Source of the DNA: an uncultured Fidelibacterota bacterium
Lineage (GTDB): Bacteria; Fidelibacterota; Marinisomatia; Marinisomatales; UBA1611
DNA length: 40,501 nucleotides
Reading direction: 5' to 3'
NCBI GenBank assembly: GCA_913040915.1
Contig: CAJWHW010000017.1
Coordinates: forward strand, 1-40,501
The position numbers and the translations under genes are program-made. A model generated the notes under the pieces. That model made no database searches. It was not told the origin of the DNA and was given only the letters and a program-made list of their open reading frames with translations. Positions 21,282 to 30,725 of this stretch are shown one piece after another. Position 1 is the stretch's first letter. Every line of letters begins with the position of its first letter.

Positions 21282-24200
21282 ATGAAGGGGATGAAATTCA
21301 TTCTTAAATTGTCTATTTATAGACGATATCCTGTCCTATTAGCACTCCTTTGGACATCCTATATTTATGCCCAAGAATATTCAATTTCAGGTCGGGCATT
21401 CAATGAAGCTGGTAAAAAGATTGGTCCCATTCGTATTGTGCTTTATGATATTGAAAAGAAAAAAATTGTAGATTTTGAAACACCAAAAAGTGGAAAGTTC
21501 AAGCTAAAGAAAATTCAAAATGGTAATTATACCATGAACTTTTATGCAGCAACAGGGCATGCAGGATCAGAAAATATTTCAGTGGATGGTGCGAATGTAG
21601 ATATAGAGCCTGTACTTTCAGCAATTGATGACCAACCACAAGTATTGGCTAAATCTGTGGTTGATGGTGTAGAATTAAATTGGCGTCAAACTCCAGGATC
21701 GATCAGGTTTATTATTTTTAGAGATAACAATGAAATTGGTGATGTAACTGAAACTATATTCGTTGATAAAATACAACCTGGTACAACTTATTCCTATAAT
21801 GTATTACCGGTAAAAAATGATGAATCAAGAGGTACTCGCTCCGTAACTGAATATGGAAAAGCCTTGTTACCTTCCCCTCAAAATATCACAGCAGAAGCGA
21901 GAAAAAATATCGTGAAATTATCTTGGGATCCTGTTGATGGTGCTAGTGGATATAATGTGTTTCGTGATGGTGAAATGGTTAATTCAACATCAGACAACTC
22001 CTATATGGATTTTAAATTAAAATATGATACGGAGTATTCTTATACCTTAGCAGCACTAGATCACCAAAGTGATGAAGGTGATAAATCCCTTGCTGAATTT
22101 GCGACGACGCATCAAGAAATGGTTCAGCCTGAAAAACTTATTGCAGAAAGCGGTCCCGGTCAAATGGTGCTGACATGGGAAGAAGTCTCAGGTGCAGTTA
22201 AATATCTCATTTATTTGAATGGAGCTCTCACAGATTCATCCGAAACTCTTTCAGCTACAATTCCAACTGAACCTGGGGCAGATAACTGTTTTACAGTTTC
22301 TGCAAAGGATATGCATGGGACAGAAGGTCCTCAATCAAAAGCAGCCTGTGATAAAAGCGTTTATCCACCACCGGATTCAATAAAAGCCACTAATGAACTA
22401 AGTAAAAACCTAATTAATTGGAAATTTGTTGATGGCGCTTCATCATATAATATATACAAAGATGGCAAATTGTTAACAAATACAGCAAAACAGCAGTATT
22501 ATGATAAATCGATTAAATGGGATAAAGAGTATGAATATCATATTACTTCAATGACAGAAGATGGTATTGAAGGACCAGAATCAGAGAAATACAAAGTTAA
22601 AGTGCCACCTATTTATGTGATAACCGGTGAATTAATTGATGAAGATGGAAGTTCAAAAAATGTAGATCAAGCTAAGGTTTTTCTCTATGCCGAGGGTGGT
22701 AAGCTCAAAGAAGAATATATTGTTTCTAGTAATGGTAAATTTAGGTTTGAAAGGGAAGTTATTTCTGGAGAATACACCATAAAAGCCTATGGTAATGGTA
22801 GCGGTAATGGTGGTGATAGAATTCAGATTCAAAATAAAGATTTAAAAGGATTACAGATAAGATTATCTACAGATGGTTTAAGGTCTGAAATAAATGTAGA
22901 ACGAGGAGTAGAACAGCTCACAATACATTGGAAAGATATTCCTCAAGCTAAGGCCTATGTGGTTTATAAAAATAATCGTCTTATTGCGACAGTTGAAGAC
23001 ACACTATCATACTTAGATCCAGATGTAGCTCCAGGAATACCAACAACTTATGACGTCAGATCAATTGATATTTACGATCTGGAAGGTCCCAAATCAAATG
23101 AGGTAACTGAGACATCTTCTTTCAGACCACCAGAAATTACACCACTTGTCGTCTCTGGAGGATACACCGAAGAAGGAAGTGGCCGAATTATCAAATTAAG
23201 TTGGACTCCAATTGCAGGTGTCAATGTTTATGCTTTATATAGGGATGGAACACTCCTTTCAAAACAATCGGAAACAGAATATGAAGATTCTGATACTCAA
23301 TTTGGGACAACCTATCATTACGAAATAAATTCTATTGATAAAGATGATATAGAAGGTGTTAATTCAGAAAAACTACCGGTTACAACACACCCGGAAGTTA
23401 TAGATCCAAAATTCAAATTGACATCATTGGTTAATTCAGTCTCATTAGATTGGCCGGCGCTAGGTCCAGCCGTAAATTATAAAATTTTTCGAAACGGGAG
23501 TAATATCGCTGACACACCTGATACGTTTTTTGTCGAGAATATTAAACCTGGTGTTGATTATTGTTATACTGTAGCTGCAGAGGATGAATATCAGACTGTT
23601 GGTCCACAGAGTGAAATTAAATGCGGACGAGCTTATTTTGCGCCTCCTGGGAATTTTTCAGGACAGGTAAACCGGAATGAAGTATTCTTAAGCTGGACAG
23701 GTATTTTAGGTGTTGCTGGATACCGCTTATATAGAGATGGTGAATTGATTTTCTCTACACCTGATGGGACAGAGTATTTGGATAAGGGACTTGAATTTGA
23801 CAATAATTATTTATACGAAATGGCTAGCATTGATCAGGATGATGTTGAGGGTCCAAAAGTTGATATTAAGCTATTAACTCATGAAGAAGTATTACCAACT
23901 GAAGTTACTGGCGAAGCTGATCTTGAAAAAATTTCGTTGGTTTGGAAAAAATCATTATTGCGGGTAGATCATCGATACCGAATTTATCGAGATGGTGAAT
24001 TGTTAGATGAATTAAAAGATACTAGCTATCAGGATATTGTACCTGCAGGTCAAAACTATTGTTATGTTATTCATGTTGTCGACAAGTATGGAACTGAAAG
24101 TTTGAAATCGAATGAAGAATGTCATAAGGTTCTGGTAAATTTCCCCAAAGATTTATCTGTAGTAGGAGATGTAAAACGTGTGCTTTTTAATTGGAAAAAT

Positions 24201-26066
24201 ATGGTAGGTGGAGAATTTTATAATATTTATATAGTTGATAAGAAAACTGAGGAAAAGACAATACATACGAAGACAAAGCAAAACTTTTATGAGCATAAGG
24301 ATTTGGAATTTGATACAGAATATTGTTACATGGTATCAAGTATTGATAAGGATGGCGATGAAGGCCCCTTATCGCCAATGCAATGTGGTTGGGTATTGCC
24401 ACCACCGCATTTAACTTTGGTTGAAAAACGATTTGTTGAAGGTTCAGGAAATGGAATTTTAGATGGACGTGAGCATGGTTGGATAATCGCAAAGATAGTC
24501 AATGATGGCCGCAGTCCTGCACGAGAATTAAAACCCTGGCTTGAATCAATTGAAGGCGCAGTCACACCATCTTTGAAAATTGATTCTGTGGCTATGATAC
24601 CTAAGTTAGATGTAGGTGATACTTTGACCATCCACTTTTCTTTATATGCAAAGCTAAAAATTGAATCTGGAGAGAGAAAATTCAATATAAGAATCAATGA
24701 ATTCACAGGTGTTGATCTAGATCCAGAACCAATCTCATTTGAAACATTAAAAATTATTGCACCAAATTTGGTTGTAACAGATTTTGCTATTGATAATGAT
24801 TGGGGGCAGAATTACATACCAAAAAATGAAACAGTGACAATATCTGTCCGTATACAAAACCTTTCCGAAGGAAAGTCTGATACTGTTAGTGTCCGCTTTC
24901 GAAGAGATAGTTCATTTGTATCTGATGATGCAGATGAATTACATCAATTCGGGTTTGTAAATGCAGGTGAAGTTTTAGATTTTAAATTCGAAATCATGAC
25001 ACGGCAAGATCAATTTACAATTAATTTAGAGCTTTATGATTATTTTGAAACGCGTCAGGATATCCAGCTTCATTTAGAGACAATGAAAAAGTATAAAAGG
25101 TCTGATGAATTAATTGTTTATGAAACACCATATCCGGATAATTTAACCATTGCAGAAGCACCAATTACACCGGAAATAATTACGAGTATTCCGGAAGTAT
25201 CAACTGATAGACAAACAATTGGTATAGTCTTGGGGAATTTGAATTTTTGGAATCCCGAGATCAAAGGTAAAGTTTCAACAACTGAAAATTTAAAAATGGT
25301 TCGGGAATATTTCCGTGAACTATTTGGAATAGAGGATCATGCAATTGTTCCAAGTCAGTACTGGTTTTTTAATGATGGAATTTCTAGTCGTGATTTTCAA
25401 GCAATTTTTGACCCTGACATTGGATTCGTCCGCAAGAAAATTGAATCAAGTCTTGATTATTCAGGTCATGATGCAATGGATCTAATTTTGTATTATAGCG
25501 GTGAGGGAACTACTTTTAACGGTGAAAAAGTTTTAATTCCGTATGATGCTGACACAACTAAAGATTATTCATTTTATTCAGTAAAAGATTTATATAAAAG
25601 TCTATCTGAACTTCAAAAATTTGAACAAGTAGGTGAAATCACAATTTTTATGGATGTCGATTTTAATAATTCGGCGTTTACTCAACATATTGTCAAGGCC
25701 GGTTCTGAAGAAGAAAACGGTAAAAAGAAAAAGAAGAAGAAGAAAAAGAAAAAAGGTGCTGAACCAGAGGTTATTCTACCAAAAGAAATTATGCCTCCCG
25801 AATCTATAACGGCATTCTATGCATCTAATACGACTCAGATTACCTATGATCATCCTGATAAAGGGAATACAATATTTACCTATTATCTCCTGCGTGGATT
25901 ACGTGGAGAAGCGGACAATGGGGATAAGGAAGTAACTGTAGCAGAATTACATAATTACATTAGTAAACATGTTTCTGAGTCTACAGGAAAACTATATAAG
26001 GAATTGCCGCAAATGCCTCAATTGTTCTCTTCAAATCCAGACAGGGTACTTTATAGACTACCCTGA
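21282..26066 (+). CDS. Large exported protein: 2 carboxypeptidase-regulatory-like domains, about 10 FN3 repeats, Ig/CARDB-like domains, C-terminal caspase-like (C14) domain without catalytic dyad
   Basis: Signal peptide; repeated L.W...Y.IYRDG...Y.D...Y.Y.V...EG..S; IFTYYLLRGLRGEADNGDKEVTVAEL..Y...QMPQ; YYSGEG and FMDVDF replace SGHG and DAC. Confidence 0.85.
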   Translation: MKGMKFILKLSIYRRYPVLLALLWTSYIYAQEYSISGRAFNEAGKKIGPIRIVLYDIEKKKIVDFETPKSGKFKLKKIQNGNYTMNFYAATGHAGSENISVDGANVDIEPVLSAIDDQPQVLAKSVVDGVELNWRQTPGSIRFIIFRDNNEIGDVTETIFVDKIQPGTTYSYNVLPVKNDESRGTRSVTEYGKALLPSPQNITAEARKNIVKLSWDPVDGASGYNVFRDGEMVNSTSDNSYMDFKLKYDTEYSYTLAALDHQSDEGDKSLAEFATTHQEMVQPEKLIAESGPGQMVLTWEEVSGAVKYLIYLNGALTDSSETLSATIPTEPGADNCFTVSAKDMHGTEGPQSKAACDKSVYPPPDSIKATNELSKNLINWKFVDGASSYNIYKDGKLLTNTAKQQYYDKSIKWDKEYEYHITSMTEDGIEGPESEKYKVKVPPIYVITGELIDEDGSSKNVDQAKVFLYAEGGKLKEEYIVSSNGKFRFEREVISGEYTIKAYGNGSGNGGDRIQIQNKDLKGLQIRLSTDGLRSEINVERGVEQLTIHWKDIPQAKAYVVYKNNRLIATVEDTLSYLDPDVAPGIPTTYDVRSIDIYDLEGPKSNEVTETSSFRPPEITPLVVSGGYTEEGSGRIIKLSWTPIAGVNVYALYRDGTLLSKQSETEYEDSDTQFGTTYHYEINSIDKDDIEGVNSEKLPVTTHPEVIDPKFKLTSLVNSVSLDWPALGPAVNYKIFRNGSNIADTPDTFFVENIKPGVDYCYTVAAEDEYQTVGPQSEIKCGRAYFAPPGNFSGQVNRNEVFLSWTGILGVAGYRLYRDGELIFSTPDGTEYLDKGLEFDNNYLYEMASIDQDDVEGPKVDIKLLTHEEVLPTEVTGEADLEKISLVWKKSLLRVDHRYRIYRDGELLDELKDTSYQDIVPAGQNYCYVIHVVDKYGTESLKSNEECHKVLVNFPKDLSVVGDVKRVLFNWKNMVGGEFYNIYIVDKKTEEKTIHTKTKQNFYEHKDLEFDTEYCYMVSSIDKDGDEGPLSPMQCGWVLPPPHLTLVEKRFVEGSGNGILDGREHGWIIAKIVNDGRSPARELKPWLESIEGAVTPSLKIDSVAMIPKLDVGDTLTIHFSLYAKLKIESGERKFNIRINEFTGVDLDPEPISFETLKIIAPNLVVTDFAIDNDWGQNYIPKNETVTISVRIQNLSEGKSDTVSVRFRRDSSFVSDDADELHQFGFVNAGEVLDFKFEIMTRQDQFTINLELYDYFETRQDIQLHLETMKKYKRSDELIVYETPYPDNLTIAEAPITPEIITSIPEVSTDRQTIGIVLGNLNFWNPEIKGKVSTTENLKMVREYFRELFGIEDHAIVPSQYWFFNDGISSRDFQAIFDPDIGFVRKKIESSLDYSGHDAMDLILYYSGEGTTFNGEKVLIPYDADTTKDYSFYSVKDLYKSLSELQKFEQVGEITIFMDVDFNNSAFTQHIVKAGSEEENGKKKKKKKKKKKGAEPEVILPKEIMPPESITAFYASNTTQITYDHPDKGNTIFTYYLLRGLRGEADNGDKEVTVAELHNYISKHVSESTGKLYKELPQMPQLFSSNPDRVLYRLP

Positions 26067-26110
26067 TTGATCTCATCGTTTTGAGAGCTTTTTTGTTTTT
26101 CCCCTTCCAC

Positions 26111-29056
26111 ATGTCGCGGAAAATAATTTTATTTTTATCCTTTGTAGTCTTTCTTACTGCAAATCCAGTTTCTATTTCGGGTGTTATACATAATCTCGAA
26201 AATAAACCTGTAAAAAAAGCAAAGGTGACAATCCGAAATTTAAAAGATGAAGTATTGATGGAGGAGGTAACAAATCGGAAGGGTAAGTTTGTTTTTAAGG
26301 AAGTTGAACCAAAATTTTACTTTTTATTCATTGAACATGAGAATGATGGAAATAAACGAATAAAAATTAATCCACGAAAAAAGAGAAATAGAGATTTGGT
26401 TCTGAGTCTAAAACTGACAGGAGAAGATAAAGTCCAATGCTATTTATATTCTCATAATAAGCCAACTGACCATGACCCAATACTGAATGTCAAAGGACTA
26501 CGAGCCACAACGAAAGCAGAATATATTATTATTGAATGGAATGATATAAAGCAAGCTAATAATTATATCTTATACGAAAATGGTATCGAAATATATCAGG
26601 GTAGAGAGAATAGATTTGAAAAAAATGAATTACCTGGAAAGGAGTTCTGTTATTCTGTTCAAGCTATGGGGAATTTTGGATTAGAGGGACAGCGATCAGA
26701 AGAATACTGTACGAGTGTACCTACGACAATACCCAGAGATATTAAGATAGATGTTTCAAAAAATCAATTAACTCTAAAATGGTCTGCTGTAAACGGGGCT
26801 TTATCTTATATTATTTATAGAAACAATGAAAAAATTATTAATACTGATATAACATCTTATAAAGATTCTGGCCTTGAATTTGGAACCGATTATTTCTATA
26901 AGATTTCTGCATTGGATGCTTTAGATAAAGAAAGTCATCCATCAGTGGAAGTGAAGGGAACTACAAGAGGATTTATTGGGTCACCAATATTGGCATCTAT
27001 GAAAAGTGAATCCAGAATCATGCTGATATGGAATGAAGTGAATAATGCCGAATCCTACAATATTTATCGAGATGGTGAATTAGTAACTTTTATTCAAACA
27101 AATACCTTTGAAGATATTATGCCTCCCGGTGAAAATTACTGTTACGAGATTACTTCTGTAGATCAGTACGGTGTGGAAAGCGATCGATCGAATAAACATT
27201 GTACAAAAGTACCAATTCAGCCACCTAAAGGTCTGACTGCAGATGGAGATGTGTCATCGATACATTTAAACTGGGATACTGTAGAAGGTGCTATCTATTA
27301 TAAGATTTATGAAAAGGTGTCTCAGGATTCGGCCAAATTCATTATAAAGGTTAAATCAAACCAGTATACGGTTCGAAATTTGGATTATAGTGCAGATAAG
27401 TGTTACCTAGTAACTGCTTTGGATCCGGAAGGTGAAGAAACAGGCTATTCATCATCTGCATGTAATATGGTATTTGAGTCGCCCCATTTCACAATTCAAA
27501 AGATGACGCTTATTGAGCCATCGGGCAATAGTACTATTGATGCATTAGAACAAGGTACAATCCAATTTTCAGTTTTCAATGATGGTCAAAGTCCATCATA
27601 TAAAGTAAGTATTTCTATTGTACCAAAAAATCCTAATCAAAACTTGTCCTTTGAAAAGCTGATTGTGATTGATACCCTAGCTGCAGGAAGAATTAAGTTT
27701 GTTGATTTTGATCTGGAAGGATTATTGAAATTAGAGACAGGCGAACAAGAATTTGAATTAAAACTTTTATCGCAAGAAGATATAGGTTTGGATAATCCCT
27801 ATCATTTTATGATTAAAACTAAATCAGTTATTCCTCCAAAACTAATTATTGCTGATTTTGCTGTTTCAAATGATTTTGGTACACACTATATACCTAAAAA
27901 TGAAATCGTAACTCTTACCTTGAGAATCCAAAATGTAGGGGAAGGCTCTTCTGAATCCGGAATTATTGAATTGTCTGCAAAACAAACATATTCTACACCA
28001 AATTTCACCGGAAGTTTAAGTCTCCCATCCATGAATCCCGGTGACTATGTCGATTTAGAAATCCCAATTTTAACACTTCAGGATAATTTCGCTATAGATT
28101 TTATTTTAACAGATTATTTGGATAAGGCAGCCGTACAAAGGATTGATCTAGAAGTGATGCGTCACTATCGTTCTCCCTTGGAACTTACCATACAAAATAT
28201 TGGTGCTGGTAATGTAGATTATTATCCGGACGAATTGGGTGAAATTGATGTAGATCGCCGTATTCCTTTAGGAAGAAAAAACCCCAATGCCATGGCAATT
28301 ATTTTAGCAACGGAGCGGTACGATGATAAAAATTATCCAGAGTTAGAATTTGCAAACCGCGATGGCAGCGTTATGAGACGCTATTTTAAACAAGCTTTTG
28401 GATTATCTGATTTTCAATTATTACCAGCCAAAACTTGGCAAATGGAAGGTGGGCCATCAGAAAATGATTTTCGCAATATTTTTGACCCACACCAAGGTGA
28501 CTTAAGAAAACGTGTATTAACAGCGGAAAAATATTCAGATGTGGAAGAAATGGATATTTTTATATATTATCGTGGATATGGTGAATGGATAGATGGTAAA
28601 CCTCTTTTGGTACCAAAAGATGCAAAGCTGAATAGGCATGTAACTAAATATCCACTAGAGCAATTAGTTAACAATTTATCTTTATTATCAGTATTAGCAA
28701 ATATTAGCACAATAACTTTATTTATGGATATTACCTATATCAACCCAAAGAGATCTATGGTATCTATATGGGATTTTCCGGATTTACCTGAAAAAATTTG
28801 CATTTTAAATGCTGCTTCAATTGGTGAGACTTCTCAGGTATATGAAGAGAAAAAACACAGTATTTTTACTTATGCACTTCTAAAAGGATTAGCTGGTAGT
28901 GCCGATGATGGTAATAATGTACTCGAATTGGGAGAACTCATAGAGTATATCTATAAGTCTGTACCGGAATTTGCAAGAACTGTCCCAAATGCTTCCAGAC
29001 AAAATCCTGCATTCAATGGCGTAGATCTCAAACGTACAATTCTTGATCTTAGATGA
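26111..29056 (+). CDS. Paralogous exported protein: 4 FN3 repeats, Ig/CARDB-like domains, inactive caspase-like domain (probable start ATG 26111)
   Basis: Signal peptide MSRKIILFLSFVVFLTA; DVDRRIP..KNPNAMAII, FANRD, HSIFTYALLKGLAG.AD, QNP; YYRGYG and FMDITY. Confidence 0.85.
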   Translation: MSRKIILFLSFVVFLTANPVSISGVIHNLENKPVKKAKVTIRNLKDEVLMEEVTNRKGKFVFKEVEPKFYFLFIEHENDGNKRIKINPRKKRNRDLVLSLKLTGEDKVQCYLYSHNKPTDHDPILNVKGLRATTKAEYIIIEWNDIKQANNYILYENGIEIYQGRENRFEKNELPGKEFCYSVQAMGNFGLEGQRSEEYCTSVPTTIPRDIKIDVSKNQLTLKWSAVNGALSYIIYRNNEKIINTDITSYKDSGLEFGTDYFYKISALDALDKESHPSVEVKGTTRGFIGSPILASMKSESRIMLIWNEVNNAESYNIYRDGELVTFIQTNTFEDIMPPGENYCYEITSVDQYGVESDRSNKHCTKVPIQPPKGLTADGDVSSIHLNWDTVEGAIYYKIYEKVSQDSAKFIIKVKSNQYTVRNLDYSADKCYLVTALDPEGEETGYSSSACNMVFESPHFTIQKMTLIEPSGNSTIDALEQGTIQFSVFNDGQSPSYKVSISIVPKNPNQNLSFEKLIVIDTLAAGRIKFVDFDLEGLLKLETGEQEFELKLLSQEDIGLDNPYHFMIKTKSVIPPKLIIADFAVSNDFGTHYIPKNEIVTLTLRIQNVGEGSSESGIIELSAKQTYSTPNFTGSLSLPSMNPGDYVDLEIPILTLQDNFAIDFILTDYLDKAAVQRIDLEVMRHYRSPLELTIQNIGAGNVDYYPDELGEIDVDRRIPLGRKNPNAMAIILATERYDDKNYPELEFANRDGSVMRRYFKQAFGLSDFQLLPAKTWQMEGGPSENDFRNIFDPHQGDLRKRVLTAEKYSDVEEMDIFIYYRGYGEWIDGKPLLVPKDAKLNRHVTKYPLEQLVNNLSLLSVLANISTITLFMDITYINPKRSMVSIWDFPDLPEKICILNAASIGETSQVYEEKKHSIFTYALLKGLAGSADDGNNVLELGELIEYIYKSVPEFARTVPNASRQNPAFNGVDLKRTILDLR

Positions 29057-29123
29057 TTATTATTGGTTAAATTCCTTCACATTTTAGTTTCAATTTCAAT
29101 TCTAAACGGATCGTATAATTACC

Positions 29124-29654
29124 ATGGATAGAATTTTGTCATTTTTGCTCGTAGTCTTAGTAGCAGGAATGATTTTTGGCTGGAGAGAATATGAATATCG
29201 CGCCAAGGAATCAGCAAAACAGACCAATATTGATACAACCATTGTTCAGGAGATTCATTCACATCCAGTTAGAGATGCACAGAGGGCACAACTGGAGCAA
29301 ATGGCTGGAATAGAAAGGTCAAAAGTGAAAGTGATGGTAGAGCATGATAACTCACCACTGACGAATACATACCCCATGATTATGGATGCAACAGAGTCAT
29401 ATGATCCTGATTTGGGTGATAGAATTCATTTCAAATGGAAACAGATCTCTGGCTCATCGGTAGAACTAAAACCCAATAATTATTCAGGCAAAGTGAGTTT
29501 TGAAGGTACTGCAGGAGAATATACCTTTCAATTATCTGTCTCTGATGATTATGGTGCTGTAAACACACTGATAAAAACTGTAGTGATTGAACCTGAGCCA
29601 AATACAGCTCCCGTTATAGAAATGAATATCCGGCAAGGGTCAGAATTGAAATAA
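29124..29654 (+). CDS. Membrane-anchored PKD/K319L-like Ig-domain protein
   Basis: N-terminal TM; DATESYDPD.GD.I.FKWKQISG, GEYTFQLSVSDDYGA, PEPNTAP. Confidence 0.75.
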   Translation: MDRILSFLLVVLVAGMIFGWREYEYRAKESAKQTNIDTTIVQEIHSHPVRDAQRAQLEQMAGIERSKVKVMVEHDNSPLTNTYPMIMDATESYDPDLGDRIHFKWKQISGSSVELKPNNYSGKVSFEGTAGEYTFQLSVSDDYGAVNTLIKTVVIEPEPNTAPVIEMNIRQGSELK

Positions 29655-30715
29655 TGACCTTTAAAGATTTAACGTTTTTTTCTAAAACTACCTTTTATTC
29701 AACTATCATTTTATTTTATCTCAGCTGCGAATCTATTACAACCGATCAAAGTAAAGCTGAATCCGATGATGGGGATATGGATAATATCTATGAATCCATA
29801 ACCATTACATATCCAATTGGAGGAGAATCTCTTGACCCTGGTACGACAATACCCATTACCTGGGAATCCACCATAGAGGCCTGTGAATGGGGTGTAAACA
29901 TCGTTTTGCTTCGTAATGGACAAGATGAGTCTAATATAGCAATTAATACGCCTAATGATGGATCATTTGACTGGTATATTAACGGAGAGTTGGAATCTGC
30001 TCATGATTACCAAATCAGGATAGATGGATTGTGCTACAATGGTAATTACTGCATCGGTTGCATTTACAGTCAAAGTCAGGCGACCTTTACCATTTCCCAA
30101 AATGTAGTTGAACCCTATATCACTCTATTATCTCCAAACGGCGGTGAAAATATTGAAATTGGAGGAGATTCTTTGCGGGTGCTTTGGGAGACGAATCTGC
30201 CAGACTGTTTTTTCGGTTTTAAGATAAGTCTATATCAGGTTGAAGAACAAAAAGCAATCCTGGCTACCAGTGTCAAAAATGATGGTGATCAAAACGTTTT
30301 TATATCTAATTCCTGGAATTTAGAAAATGGGAATAATTATAAAATCTATTTAGAATCTTTGTGTGAGAATTCCACTACTTATTGTGGTGGTTGTTATGGT
30401 GACTATAGTGATGAAACTTTCCAATTATATTCCAATCAATTGAAAGTAATTAATCCAAACGGTGGTGAAGAATGGACCCGTGGTGAAACAAAGACAATTA
30501 CCTGGACAAATGATAGTACAACGCAAAACATTCGTATAGAACTGTATAAAGACGGATCTAGATTACAGGATATTGAATATAATTTAGAGAATAACTATTC
30601 TTTCGATTGGATATTACAGAATACATTAATTCCTGATGATGATTACCAGATTAAAATAACTAGCTGGGAAACCAATGTGTCAGATTTAAGTGATAATAAT
30701 TTTGCAATAGAATAA
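29654..30715 (+). CDS. Probable lipoprotein with three Kre9/Knh1-like (Ser/Thr-rich GPI-anchored family) Ig repeats
   Basis: Lipobox-like FYLSC; three P.GGE...I.W...Y.I.I....S...F.I repeats. Confidence 0.72.
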   Translation: MTFKDLTFFSKTTFYSTIILFYLSCESITTDQSKAESDDGDMDNIYESITITYPIGGESLDPGTTIPITWESTIEACEWGVNIVLLRNGQDESNIAINTPNDGSFDWYINGELESAHDYQIRIDGLCYNGNYCIGCIYSQSQATFTISQNVVEPYITLLSPNGGENIEIGGDSLRVLWETNLPDCFFGFKISLYQVEEQKAILATSVKNDGDQNVFISNSWNLENGNNYKIYLESLCENSTTYCGGCYGDYSDETFQLYSNQLKVINPNGGEEWTRGETKTITWTNDSTTQNIRIELYKDGSRLQDIEYNLENNYSFDWILQNTLIPDDDYQIKITSWETNVSDLSDNNFAIE

Positions 30716-30725
30716 AGAGTTTAGA

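Noticed and set aside
25458..25472. YSGHD just upstream of YYSGEG, resembling a caspase His motif
   Set aside because: It aligns with YSDVE in the paralogue and precedes the beta-strand that carries the catalytic position; the Cys site is lost anyway
26070..26100. Possible terminator between the two pseudo-caspase genes (TCTCA/TGAGA then T-rich)
   Set aside because: Only a 5-bp weak stem; not supportable
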